DNA of 64,000 nucleotides, taken from positions 26,350,001 to 26,414,000 of the forward strand of contig JAQFVV010000003.1 of NCBI GenBank assembly GCA_028023455.1, written 5' to 3'. The position numbers were made by a program, and so were the translations under genes. Positions within the stretch are counted from its first letter, which is position 1. The number at the start of each line of letters is the position of its first letter. Of the stretch, positions 26,488 to 40,349 are shown in pieces. Origin of the DNA: Epiperipatus broadwayi. Its lineage: Eukaryota > Animalia > Onychophora. The notes beneath the pieces were generated by a model, which ran no database searches, was not told where the DNA came from, and was given only the letters and a program-made list of their open reading frames with translations.

Positions 26488-26530
26488 AAACCAACGTTTC
26501 GACCAGTTCACACTGATCATCAACTGGGTA
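26488..26530 (-). ncRNA. Decayed minimal (Penelope-type) hammerhead
   Basis: Minus strand ..cag-ttgat-gatcagt(gtga)actggtc-gaaa-cgtt-gg; 7-bp stem II and palindromic ACGT stem III, core damaged. Confidence 0.5.
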
Positions 26531-26659
26531 ATAAATATTATAAAATAATTGTAGAGGCAGGAAAGAACTGATGTTAACAATAATGATCTACCCAGATAAT
26601 GTTTCATTTATATCTGTAGCCTATGAAAATCTTCGATTTAAAATATGTATACATAAAGA

Positions 26660-28075
26660 TTGATACAAAGAATAAATTATAAATATAAGGAATACATATA
26701 AAATGTAGAAAAAAAAGAATATTTACACATTGATTAAACACAGATAATACAATAACCAAAGTTTCAAAAAATTTTTGAATATATGAAAAGATAAATGGTC
26801 AACATCTATTGAGTAGTCAGTAACAAAAGAATTAAACAGTCTGAGAAATGTAACTAAATTGCTATGACTACTTTTATAAGTAAAAATCTGCAATGTCAAT
26901 TGAAAATTCTTAGCGAAGCAGGTATTTATAACTGACACTTTATGACAAAATAATGAATGATGATATATGCCAATAATAATTCTATACTTATATAGTTTAA
27001 GAACAGACAACAGATAGATATCATGCACAAAAGATAGTCTAGACCTATCAAAAGCAATATGCATGGTGAAATACTGTAAAGTATAAAATGAGTAATCAGT
27101 ACAACAACCCCAAATGGAAATATTATAACACAATATACTTTGATAACATGCAAAATAAATAGCCATCAAAATAGATCAAGGCAAGAAATTTACTAGATAA
27201 TGAAATAAGTAATTAATTTTGTGTAACCAAGAGCATAAGTAGGCAATATGACTTGACCAAGATAATCTTGAATTAGTAAAAACATCTAAATAACTAGTTA
27301 TCAACAAAAATGATATGACCACACATACAAATACTATTGGAATAAACTTTATATTGACTACAAATACTGAAAGTAGAAAACCCTTATTTTATTGCAATTG
27401 ACAGTTAAACAATTTATCATAAGCCAATTATTTATTGATTCCAGATCTTTATTAATCACTTGATAAAGAATACTATATGAAGCAGCATCACAATATAGCA
27501 ATATCTTCAGAAAAACCATAAATCATTGAATTCAAAGGTAAACTAAAAATGTCATATATGTATTTAAAAATATATAGGTCCAAATATAGACCCCTGTGAA
27601 TCTCCATAGTTAACAAATCACTAGTAACATCTTGTATTTGAGTAGCCTGCTTTCTGTCTTTTAGATAACTTATTAATCAAGAAACAAAATGATCTCGAAA
27701 ATCATATGAACTCAAAATCCAAATAAACAGCTGTTATCTTGAGCCCTTCTTCAATGACGCTCTTAAATTATATACATGATTATAAAGAGCATCTAAAGTA
27801 TTCTTTCCAATCTTAAAGACCAAACTGGTATGCTGAAATCACTTTATGTATGTTCAAGAATGATATTGTCTTATGTTTCATCATTTCAAATAACTTAGCA
27901 ATAACAGAAATGTTTGAAATAATTATCATCTTTTTAAAAAAATAATAACATGTGATGTGATGTACTGTAGCTTTTCCTTAAACGGAGTCAAGAATCTCTC
28001 AACAATTATGCCCAGAAAAACCTGTTAGCCATTTTATTTAAGTATAGACAGCACTGCCATCTGCAAAAAAGAATG
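26660..28075 (-). mobile_element. Decayed CR1/L2/Jockey-group LINE, RT and C-terminal region
   Basis: Minus-strand motifs ISVIAKLFE, YQFG, AVYLDF, SYLKDRKQ, SQGSIFGP and IYFACYQSILCYNISIWG (ORF 26723-27169). Confidence 0.8.
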
Positions 28076-28249
28076 CAAAGCACATTGTTCTAAGAAAAAA
28101 AACTGTAAATAATCAATTTAAAACAAAGTACTGCAAAAATCTATTGTATAGAATTTATATATAATCATAAAATGTCTGTTTTTAACAAACAAAAAAATTA
28201 CTCAATCTGATTTGAAAATAACAAGATAAGACATAGCGATACATGGGTT

Positions 28250-31200
28250 TTCCAACATGGCGGTAGCCATGAAAGATACATATATAAAAATGAAAACAGC
28301 AAAATAAAGAGAATACAACAAAGAGATAGAAGCATTAATGAATTCTGATACCCAGATTTTATTGACAGAAAATTATATTAATAAATTGGATTTATTTACA
28401 GTGAACAATAATGATGCCATAAGAAATAAAATTGGAATGAGCATAGTTTACAAAAAATTTCAAATCGTTTTAACTCAACCATATTGAAAGATTTATTTTT
28501 AGCTTTTAAAACATTTTTTTTTGCAAATCATTTGATAATATTAGCTATAATCAATCACCACTTCTTATTTTACAAAAGTTCAAAGAAACTTCTGTTTGAA
28601 CTATTCAACAAGGAAAATATATGTTTATATATTACCTGTATCACTGATTATTCAAACTCCAGATACATTATAATTGGATTTCAAATGGAGGAGCAAAGAG
28701 ATAATTCTAAAGAGAATCAGAAAACATTAAATAACTATGCTGTGATAGCAATTGATCCAAGCAGAAATAGAATATTAACTGGCATAATTAAAAACATCTA
28801 GGATATCAAAAAACAAATTTTATAAAAATAATGCAACCATTTTGTGAAGTCCTTGATTTTCTATCTATATATCACAATAACACACCAGTTACGATACACA
28901 GTAATAGCTTTAGATTCAAGATAAAACTTAATGACCATCACTCATTACCGATCAAGAAACTACACTTTATCAATCAATGGTTTAATGTCTCAATGTTTTC
29001 ACTGAAAACAGCACAATCATTTGATTCATAATTGTCCAAAAATATATTGTAAAAACTGTAATTTTAAATTAACCCCAACACACCAATGTCCACAGATCAA
29101 TTCACTAATTGAAAGCAATCCATCACCAGAGACAAATAATAAAATCAGAATGAAGCAAAATACAGGACAGTCAAATGAAAATATTCTAAATAAGGCATCA
29201 TCAGACATGATGGATGCTCTCACCTCAACTATTGACCATGTGCTAAATATGAACTCGGAAAATATTTTAAATAATACATCACTGGAAATGATGGATGCTC
29301 TCACCTCAACCATGTTAAATCTTAACTCAGAAACAAAAGTGAAACCCAGGCAGGCTATTAAAGAAGTAAAGAGGTAGAAACCCTCAAAGAATTGACTTAG
29401 AGGATAATGAATCAGAATATTCCCATTCTCAATAAATTTTAATATAAAAAAGTAAAAATTCATGGAAAAAAATTAAGATTCTAACTAGTATATTTTCATG
29501 GAGGAAAAAAACGGAAATGTCAAATCAGGCAAGTATACCCTGTTCACATTGTCAAATAGTACTAATAACAAAAACAAGTTGCAGAGGGTTCAAACAATAA
29601 TTAGTAATAGTGAAACTATAATGGAACAAACAAACCTGATTAAAGCAAAACATTATTAATCACGCCATAAATTTATTAGTTAATAAGTAATTTTGATTTT
29701 TGTTTATATATATATATGTATTATAATTTATATAAAAAATAATAGTAATTTAAATTAATAATTAAAAATTTTATATTAACAGAGATATCAAAATGAAATG
29801 TAAAGTTTGTTTGTTTAATATAAGAGAATTAAATTCATTAGAAAAAATATATCGATTAAAAAAGTGGTTTGAAATAACACAGCCGCTACATGTTTTAGGC
29901 ATCCTCGTAACAAAAATATATAATGGTTCCATAACTAGCCCAGAGCTTTATATAAATAGTACAGTATTCACAATGTTCTCCTCAGACATATTTTCCAGTG
30001 ATGCACATGATTATAACCTTCCTATATCTATCAAATGCAATAAATATATATATTCCATCTAGCACAAAAACAATTAATACAATTATTCAAATTATTAATA
30101 CTAGATTACCCACTACACCTTATCCATGGTTGCTATTGGGGGATTTCAATATGATAAATTTATTTTAAAATGGCTTCATATAATATCTTTTGTTTTAGTC
30201 AGTGAGGAGGTTTTCTCCCTGATGGGGCTATTTCATTCAACAATGGCAGATTTACAACATTGATTGAACTAATGTTCTACTTACCTTAATTTCATTGCAC
30301 AAATTTTTTTTAGCACAGGCAAAACGATAATCCTCCAATCACAAACAATAGAATTCCTATATTCTGAAATACATATACATCTTAATAAAATTAAACTAAA
30401 AATGGACTCTACACCAACATGGTTAGCATATATAAGCATAATTTCACACACAATACAGTATGTTACAAAAAGTTCACTCACAAGACTATATACATTAGTT
30501 GAAAATTTTCAGAAAACAACCATTTATCTAGCAGGAAATGAAAATAATAAAGAGAAAACTATAATCCTTAAAAACATAACCTAGCAAAAAAAAAAAACAA
30601 ATTAAAAGAATACATGGCATTAAAAAAAAAGTAAATTATCTTAAACACGCATGGGCAATGCAACATATTAGATGGTATGTCAGTCAGCCACCTAAATACA
30701 GAATTCCAACAACAATAATATATTGTTCAATTCTTGCTAAACACAATATACAATTATTTCAAAGAAAAATTACAGATCTGTGAGTTTTTGAACATGACTC
30801 CATTCTTTCTAAGAAAATCAGATGAAAATATAAAATTTGAAAATAAAGAATTCAAATAAGAAATAAAATCCCAGATCCATGGGATCTCAAAGATGGGTTA
30901 TTCACATTTGGAATGCCATATCACACAATATTTAGCAGATATAGCAAATTTTCTTATAATACAAAATTTGAACCCCATCTTAATAATTCTTATTCTAAGA
31001 AAGCAAGAAAACCCTATCTCACTTGACAATCCACATCCAATCTTAATGAGCCCACTAGACATAAATATACTTGAATCATTTATCAAAAACAGACTAGAAT
31101 CATATCTTCAAATTATATCCAAACATCAATTTGCCAAAAAGGCTCTTCAGTTAATCAAGCAGCATTTATTTATAAAGTCATTGACGCAGTAAAATAAAGT

Positions 31201-33100
31201 AAAAACATACACCAGTAGTTGTACTTTTAGATATAAAGTCAGCTTTTGGTAATGTATTGATAAGTTAATAGAACTACTAATAAACATATCAATTCCCAAA
31301 GCATATATGTATATAATTATTATTTGCTACTAATAGGGAAATATACATTACTTTAAATGAATATGCATTTATTTTATAACGTCTTGGGTGCGATTACAAT
31401 TACGATAGAATGACAGCCTGTTAAGCTAAATTGCGCAGACGCTGTGAGAATGTCTGCGCAATTTAGCTTAACAGGCTGTCATTCTATTGTAATTACTTTA
31501 AATGGTAAAATAATCGTTTCAGTAGTACCAAACTGTTCCATATCACAAGAATCTGCACTAAGTTCATTTCTTTTTATAATGTACATTAAGTTGTTAATTA
31601 AAGAAATTAAAGCAAAAACAAATGGAATATATACCACAATTGAGCTCTTGCATTCTATGCATTGCTTATATGGATGACATTTCTGTTTTCCTAAAGAGCA
31701 AAAAATAATACCCAAACTTATAAAAATAATTGCAGATTATTCTAATACAATTAAATATTAACCTTGAAAAATCATGTACCTGGAAAATTTATACAGCAAG
31801 TATTATTAGATTATTTCAAGGGAAAACCTACTACTTTCTTATGTTTCCCTTTTTACATTGAGAATACAATTAAAAAATGGATAAAATTCAAAGGAAAAAG
31901 CATATCTATCATTACATGCAAAACTGTCATTGTGTAACATGTTAGTAATAACTAGAATAACATATTATTCTCTTATAATTTTTTCCAAAGGATTCATGTA
32001 TAATATTTACACTCTATGCAGAAAGTTATTGTGGGGGGAGAGGATCCATAGCAGTATCCATTAAAAAATTGATATTGGCATTACCTTTGAATGAACTGGG
32101 TCTCTATGGTATACATGTTGTCCATATTCAAAAAATTATAAACACCTTATCATCTTGTTAAATATATATGCAATGATAATCCATGCAATAAAAATTATGC
32201 CAACAGTTAGGCCACTACTGCTCAAAGATTACTGGAAAGCATTATGACATCCATTAATAAATGTAAATATACCATCTATTCAATTAAATAAAAATATAAA
32301 TACTGGGAAACATTTAAACTTAAATATACAAACTAAAACATAAACACCATTGTGCATTAACAATAAACAACTAAGTAAAAAACATAAATATTGGTTATTG
32401 GAACCAAAATATTTTGACTTCCTAATAAAGATAAACTTTGAAGTACTCCCAACAATTAATTTATTAAAATACAAAAAATATTGCCAAAAACATAAATGAC
32501 ATACATTCTCTATGTCATCAAGAATAAGAAAGAATACATCATTTCTTATGCATTTGTCAAGAACTTTAAAACAATTGCAAAACTATTTATTTTATCACAG
32601 CACAAAAAAATATAACAATCAGATTTTACTAGATGTATATATAAAAGGTATATCCTCCAATGTTAGGGCTAGTACTTCTATAGTATACACCTTTTGGTAT
32701 ACTAGATGTAGGTTTGGTATAAACAATACTAGAAGACAAAAACATAATAAATATTCGATAAAGAGATGGGGAAAATAACAGAAACACAAACATATATTAA
32801 CCCATGGTCCCTAATGAGACTCCATTCAAATCTGTACATGGTATATAGTCAAAAAAGAGTGCATATTAATATGAACGTATGCAAATTATATAATCAAAAT
32901 ATTTACTATACTTCTTTGTGTATATATATGCGGGGGTTTTTTTGTTTCCTTTTCTTTAATAATGACAACTATTTTTCATCTTTGTATATATTTTTTATTG
33001 TAGTTTTGTTTTTTCATTGTAATGTTTTTTCTATCTTTGTGTATATATTCCTCATTTAATATGTAATCTATTGAGTTTCAATAAAATTCTTTTGAAAACT
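28250..33100 (+). mobile_element. Decayed, internally deleted L1/Tx1-like LINE (ORF1, APE endonuclease, RT, 3' UTR)
   Basis: ORF1 zinc knuckle C-F-H-*(C)-KQHN-H-LIHN-C at 28994-29035; APE start MKCKVCLFNIRELNS at 29793 and GDFN at 30139-30150; RT motifs LILRKQENP..L..HPI, SQESALSSFLFIMYI and YMDD at 31667-31678; FWYTRCR near 32690; aataaa at ~33080. Confidence 0.85.
31402..31490. mobile_element. 89-bp hairpin MITE with AATT target-site duplication
   Basis: 39-bp inverted arms (one mismatch) around an 11-nt loop, flanked by aatt at 31398-31401 and 31491-31494; removing it restores ITITLNGKII in the L1 RT frame. Confidence 0.85.
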
Positions 33101-36100
33101 AGTAATAACAATCGTTGAATGATTTATTGCCCAAAAGTTCATAAGAAGTTCTAGTACTGGAAGTAATCCAGATAGTATGTGATTCATATATCTTGAGTTT
33201 CAAGGGATCTTGAGTTACAAAGTCTACCATTACATCCAAATTATGCACAGCAAGTAGTTGGTTTTTTAAAAAATAAAATTAACAAAATTACTTTAATAAA
33301 CTAATAATAACGTGAAAGCTTTCACATTATTATATATTATCTGTTTACGCTTAAATTTAATATATTTAATAAACTAAATAGTGCATGTATGTTGACATTT
33401 ACATCTAACATTATTTATTTCCTTCCATCTTTGTTTTATTTTTGTATATAATGCTCTTTAGTTTAGAATATTGCAATAATGTTATTGTTGGTCATTAAAT
33501 TTGGAATATTAAGAGAACTGCCATATCCATCTTTCAAAACTAGATGATTCACTTATTCATAATTTGAAAAACAATTAAAATTAGAAATTAATAAAAAAAA
33601 TAATAATTTTATAGTTCATGTTGCAACTAGTATGTGCTGTGATCATGAAATGCCATATCTCATCACAAACTGCTAGTATTATATGCTCAAAATCATGAAC
33701 TTGAAATTTCAGATATGTTAATATCATGTTATCTTTTGCATTTATCCATCAATTTTTATTACAAAAAGAATAAAAAAGAGATTAATCATTTTATTTTTAA
33801 TCATAATATGTCTGTAACTTTTAAACATATGAGATGTTAATATCTTTATTTTATACTGTACATACTTATGTGCTTATCTATTGTGCAGTAATTTATTTTT
33901 TAAGTATTTTTGTTCATATCAATGTATTTATTGTAAAAATTATTTTAACTTATTGGTATAAATATATACATATTTATTTATGGTAAAAAGATTATAATGG
34001 AAATATGCAGACCATTCCATACTATACATAGATTTTGAATATCCATAGAGCCTTAGAATAAAATGCTGTGCATTTTGACCTCTTCCTGTAGTTATTGTTG
34101 TGATGTTAGCATTACAAACAAATTTGAATTCATTACTAGTGTTTATTATTGACAATTTATGGAAGTACTTTATGTCATCACATCAAACAATGGTTTAGAA
34201 AGGCGAGGATAGCTACTTTTAAACCAAATACCTTGTGCAATTTAGCTCAATGGTGAGCAGTAGACTTAGGGGCTAAAGTTTCAAAAATTGATTCCCAGGT
34301 TTGGAAAATAACAAAAAAACTGGTTAACTGATTGAATATAATTATTAAATATAGCCTGATACTTGGTGCTTGAAAGTCACATGACTTACAAAGGATGAGA
34401 CCATATGATTATTTAATTTCATTAATACTTGATAAGCCTAACATATGTGGATATTATAACAATTTGCAAATTTAATTCAAATCTATGTTTATAGACTGAT
34501 GTTTGTTTGAAATTAAAGAAAAAAAACCATCCATATTTTGTTATTATTTCTATCATTAGGAAAACAAGTTTCTGATAGTCAAGTTTTGGAATGCATCTAT
34601 AGAAAGTTCTCATTAAGATTTATTAAATAAGATTTTCTGCACCCTTATGAGTTAAAAATATTGAAATTACAATAAACTCAAATAAAAATCTGAAATAATA
34701 TAATTATTACTCATTACTATAACTACACTAAAGGTATTCCATAAGTTTAATGTCCATAGGAGTGTGGTACTTCTCCCACCAGTAATAAAAGCCACATTAT
34801 ATTACAAGACCATTGACACACTTTTAACAATTCATTTTAATTTCAATCTTCATTCTCTAGTTTCTATGAGCAAACTATCCCAAAGAAAATTTCTAAAGCA
34901 GCTTATAATTAGGAAAAAAAAAACAACCAAAAAACATTATGGTCCAAAACATAATCCCTGTTATGGTTCTGGCAATTGAATGTACTAACTACTATACAAT
35001 GAAATCCTTAGAGATATAAAGTGTAGAATAATTTGTAAATTTTAAGTAAAAATAAAATCATATTAGTGTTTTTAATAATCAATTATCTAATGTTTATTGT
35101 AAACAAAATTAACAGTCATATTATCAAAATTTTATTTAAAAAATATTTGTTGTGATCAGAAATAAAGTAATTTTAAATAATTTGCAATTGATATGGTATT
35201 GAATTCTTTTGATTTTTACTCATTAAGTCATTCAAGCATAATACTTGGCTAGACTAAGATTTGTTTTAGTATAAGAAACAATAAAATTACTCAATTTGTT
35301 AATTTTTTTGTTATGCATAAAGAGTTATTGGAGTATTGTTCATCTGCACTATTTAAAAATAATGATCAATAACACAAATGTAAGTTAAGATGATGGGTGC
35401 TAGCAGGAATTTGATAAATTCAAATAATTTTTAATATGCATAATTTGTATATTTTTGTTTGTGTTTTTATAAATATATTCATTTATAAATAAAAATTACA
35501 ATTTTAAGAAAAATATAGATATGTACACAATGTACGAAAAAAATTAAATAAATTCAACTGCAATAGAAATAATGTTTTTATGTGTATCAGTAAGTGGAGT
35601 ATGGTCTAGGTAGCAGACACATTCCATGATTAAGTTTCAGAAGTTGAAATGGTAACCATACTCAAGAAATCATTTATGGAAGAGCAGCATGCTATTATGC
35701 ATTGTTTGTAGACAAAGAAATTTTCATAAGAAATATTCATTTAAAATGTTTCTACATATGGTACTACAGTAAAGATGTCAAAAAAGAATTACTGAGATAA
35801 GAGACTCATTTTGAGGGATTGGTAAAGCAATGGAATAACTCTTATCAATATCAGGTGATTAATGAAAAATAAATTATTTTTCCAGTTTTATGTTGTACTT
35901 ATTCTGGGTTTTTTTTTTTTACAATCATTTATAATCTATTTGCTTCTATCATATTACATGTTAATATGTAAAAATTTACTGCTCAATGGTCTTTGGAAAT
36001 TTTATTAAAAATAGTTACATTTTTAGTGATTTTTTTTCTTGCTATTTAAATGCTTTTAATAACGGTGCAATAAATGGAAGTATATTTTAAAAAATGATAT

Positions 36101-36189
36101 ACTGTAATATAATATTTAAAAAATTAGTACATATTATTATGAATTATCACATGCATTGTATTGGAAATAAAAATTATATTTGACTATTG

Positions 36190-36510
36190 TTTTGCGAACG
36201 AGAATATCGGCAGCAGTGTAGGCTTTGAACGTTCCATCATCAGATTTTCAATAGGATGGACTGCTGAAAAGTTGGAGAGTGGAGTGGATTGAAGCCTGTC
36301 TATTAAAGTATGAAGATTGGCTATCAATATAAATCTGAGCACTTATTGTATATATGTGCAGAGATGATAATCTGGACCAACTGACGAGTGCTGGTTTAGA
36401 ACGAAATATTAATGTTGGTGATTATTTATCTTTTAGACATATATGTGGTCAAGTGCATCAGTGGTATGAGATAGTATGCAGAGTTGAGGATCGTGTGAAA
36501 GTCAACTCAA
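36190..36510 (+). mobile_element. Solo HHR-bearing fragment (family B-related; possible Penelope 3' end/pLTR)
   Basis: ccaa-ctgacga-gtgctg(gtt)tagaac-gaaa...ttgg at 36377-36418; flanks homologous to 60150-60400. Confidence 0.65.
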
Positions 36511-37850
36511 AATACCTTATATATTACATTGTTTGTACAGGTATATATATAGCCTGTATGTTAGATATGAAATAGAGGAAAGTAATTCTATTCAGTTGAC
36601 TAGAGAGATATTTTTATTAATTTTTTTTATAATCTTTAAAACTTCTATTTTATTACAATACTTCAAACATATGAGTAAAAACATATGGAAAAAAAAAGAA
36701 GCAAATAATCCCCAAGATGCCATTTCTGGCAGAAAATACACATCAGACATCATCGTTTTCTTTGTTCAGTTTTTGTATATTTGGGCTAAAAATGTAATAA
36801 TCTATAGGCTAATAAATGATGAGAATAATTATTAGTATATTTATCTAGAGATGTCAAATGAGTGGGTGCAATAAGCTTGAATAATTATAAATTGTGAAAT
36901 ATTTTACCTGTATCAACCAGTCATTCTTAATTTTTAACCAAACTGCTCACTTTAATCATATGGTTAGTTGTTTGTGAAGTCATTTGACCAAACCAAGAAT
37001 TATTTATTTTTAAAAACTTCACTCAGCTCAGAATCAGATCAAATGCTTTTATTAAAGACTGTGCTAAACCGCAAAGGTAAACAAATTTGTGATGTTGTTT
37101 TTTTAATTACAAATCAATGTGCATCGCGTTTTTTTTTTAAATATAATATAGCGAAAACAAGTAAGATATTTACCACCTACTAATCAAGCAGATATTAGCT
37201 TAACTGTATGATGTGCAGAAAGAATAATTTGCATGTTCGTGTGTTAGAATGAAAATAATTAATTATTATTATATATATTTTTTGTAATGATAGCAATTGT
37301 CTAGTTTGTTTTTATATATAATTACTTTTTCTAACTTGAATCATTCTTCCGAGATGCTTATTATTTTATGGCTTGAAAAATTACTTATCGTTTATAATCA
37401 AGTTTCAACACTAAAAATGACCTCCAGCGATTTCCGGCATTAATTTAACTTCTTATAACATTTGGATAAATTGCTAATCTGTAGAAGGTTCATTCACTCA
37501 TCGATTTACATGGGGAGTTTTATTTTTTCACTCAACGAATTTTTTTTTAGTTTTAAATCAGTTATTAAATTTACTTTCATCAGATAATGCTTTTCCTATT
37601 AAAAGTCGCGAATAATCGCTATGAAAAATTTGCATATTTAAACATTGTGAATTCATCTTTTATTCATTCTTATGTTTTTATTTTTACTATTGTTTTTGTC
37701 TTTTGGAATTTTATTACTAAGAAAATATATTAAAAGTCACAACTAATTAAATAATGCATTTTAGTAATGGAAAATATTAAAATTTACGGTGTTGCTTTAA
37801 AATCGAAGAATTAAAATGAGAGTGGCAAGCGATAGCATACTGATTGCCAC

Positions 37851-37920
37851 GTCGATTAGTGCAGCGGTAGAGCGGGACTCTGGAGCTCAGAGTCCAAAGA
37901 TTGAGATTATTATTATCGAC
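37851..37920 (+). ncRNA. tRNA-like / SINE-head remnant
   Basis: gtcgat/atcgac acceptor-like stem, A-box TAGTGCAGCGGTAGAGC, 8-bp stem ggactctg/cagagtcc; T-arm degenerate. Confidence 0.4.
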
Positions 37921-38579
37921 AATGTCGTCATAGAACGTGCGTACAATATTCTGTTACCATTTTGACGGGCCAACCAATCCTTTCCATTTAGATGATGACA
38001 CTGAGATTATCTCCTTTATATTATTTCTACTATCTTCAATTATTGTCAAATAAAATTATTTCACTTTTATGCTTTTTAAGCATTTAATGATGCAAAGAGT
38101 TTATTAGAGCTTATGATACAATTCTAAAATTAAGATGCTAGAATAAATTATAAAAAGTAGCAAGCAATAGCAGACTACCACCAACAGATCAGATTTTATC
38201 ATTTCATGTTAACCATCTATTGTCTAGCTACTCAATCTATTTTTGGACCCAGAACATATTATTCAAAGTACACCTTTATCCCCATAGCGAGGGCAATTGG
38301 TTCCCCAAAACTCATTGATAAGCAAGAATATTGTATAAAGAACAAGTAGTTATAATGGTTTTCTATGGAAAAAAATTTGACAGGTTACTTCGCCTAAAAA
38401 TTAGATTATAAGCTGGGAATAAAGAATTTAACCCAGTATACATAGTAATTAAAAAAAACTTATATGCTTTTATAAATTGTGCTATGTGTATTATGCAAGT
38501 AGAAACTTTAAATATACATGTATGTATGTATGATAATGCAACTTAAATCTATGTAAAAAAAAAAAAAAAAACTTAGCTT

Positions 38580-39150
38580 AAAGTTGTTCTTTTTGGTAAT
38601 CCATTCATGAATCATAATTATTCAGCTTTGTGAGTCATCAGTTATTAAATTCTACGTCCATGTTCTCTTCTAAATTTTTTGATGATCTTGGGGTTTTGTT
38701 TTTTTTTTTTTGGAAGAGTGATCCAGATGTTGATAGTTGAGTGTCTCTGAAGCAAAAGTTTTGAATGAAATGTATGACATGCTTGGATTTTCTTTTAATA
38801 TGGGATGCTGAGATTTGATGATTTTGAAAAGTTTGGATACATCTAAGATGGTTTGAGCACTTTGTTCTATTTTGTCTTTGTTTGAAAAATAGTAGTGATA
38901 TTAAATGTAGATAAACTCATAGAAGAGCAAGATGTCATGATTTCTTTCTCTTTCCAGTTGATGTAAGATATCCATTTTGGATGTAAGATATCCATTTTGG
39001 TTTCCAATCTCAGAGATATTCTTAATTTTTTTATAGTCATATTAGTTGCTTTCATGGTTTCAATTGGAAATGTATATAGTAATAAACTTTTAAACAGAAT
39101 TGCTAGAAAAAATGCTTCTTTTAACTGTCTAAAATTACAGCAAAAAATGA
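38580..39150 (-). mobile_element. Decayed CR1/L2-type LINE 3' end
   Basis: Minus-strand DILLFY...KIEQSAQTI... and a frameshifted SWNGLPK (WN.LP motif). Confidence 0.5.
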
Positions 39151-39244
39151 ATGAGAAAGTGAAAGTAAACTAGCAGTTAACATTTTTTGTGTTCTTGCGT
39201 GCAATTGTTTCTCATTGCACTGAAAAAACTCCATACTGATTAAA

Positions 39245-39705
39245 ATTACAAAGAAATCAAGTCATATATCACATGACCTAATTTTATAACATATTACAAA
39301 TGTTATATATAGAATTCACAAATAAGCTCTTAAAACAAGCTTTGCAGAATATTCCCAATCCCAGACCAGTTTCTGTACTGGCTTCCTCAGTGAGGTGCTA
39401 GGATATTCAAGCATTACATTAAAAGTACCAGGACAAGCCCAGCACTTTAGCTAATAGATAACTATTAAATAGAAAATCTGAAAATTTTAGACATTTATGT
39501 CTTCCAATCCAACTATCTAACTTAAATAGCCATATGGGACTGAACCAAGTTCAGATACACCATATAAATAACTTTAGCAATATAAAATCACCAAAGCCTT
39601 AATAGCAAAAAAATAAAAATACAAAGAAATCAAGTCATATGTCACATGCCCTAATTTAATAAGCTTGTATTACAAATGTTACATATAGAGCTCACAAAAA
39701 AGCTT
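39245..39705 (-). mobile_element. Diverged ~373-bp relative of family A (1.25 units) with a decayed hammerhead
   Basis: Direct repeat acaaagaaatcaagtcat at 39248 and 39621; minus-strand cctca-ctgagga-..-gaaa-ctggtc-tggga at 39355-39398; shares the tatggg-ctgaac-nnn-gttcag-ccata hairpin. Confidence 0.7.
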
Positions 39706-40105
39706 GTTAAGACTTGGACAATAGAAGAGCAATACAGAGACTTCAGACCACTCAAAGAAGTATGGAGAGATGCATGTTGGGAGTAACAAGAAGAGATCGA
39801 AAATGCAATATATGGGTAAGAGAATAAACAGGTATTGCTGACCTCATTGAAAAAATTATAAGACCGAAGTGGAGTTGGGCTGGACATATTGCTCGAAGAG
39901 ATGATAATAAAGGGACAATTGAAATCTTATTAAACTGGATTCCAAGAAATTGTAAAAGACCCAGAAAGAAACCACGTGAGTTGGATGGATGAAATAAGAA
40001 AGTGTGCTGGGATGATGTGGAGAACAGAAGCTAAAGATCGGAGATGATGGATTAAACTTGGATAGACCTTTATCCTGCAGTGGAATGATAATGGCTGATG
40101 ATGAG
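39706..40105 (+). mobile_element. RTE-clade LINE 3' end
   Basis: Reads QRSMERCMLGVTRRDRK.NIWVRE.TG..D.IEKI...KWSWAGHIARR.DN....LNWIPR..KR, ending ggctgatgatg. Confidence 0.9.
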
Positions 40106-40349
40106 CTTTTTTATTTATGTATCTAGACTATATGTTATACTTGTATACAATGACGTATATATTAAATTGTATAATGTGAAATCTGAATCACTGTGTTTGC
40201 CCTCAAGGAAATATTCCATTCTAAATTTGTTATTCTTATTCAGAGGATTAGTGAGTTAAGACTTAGCAAAAGTTGGTGGTCATTTTGTTCAAATCTAGCT
40301 TAGAGAGATAATTAGCAGTTTGGAAATTCAAATTAGTTTTGAAAGAATT

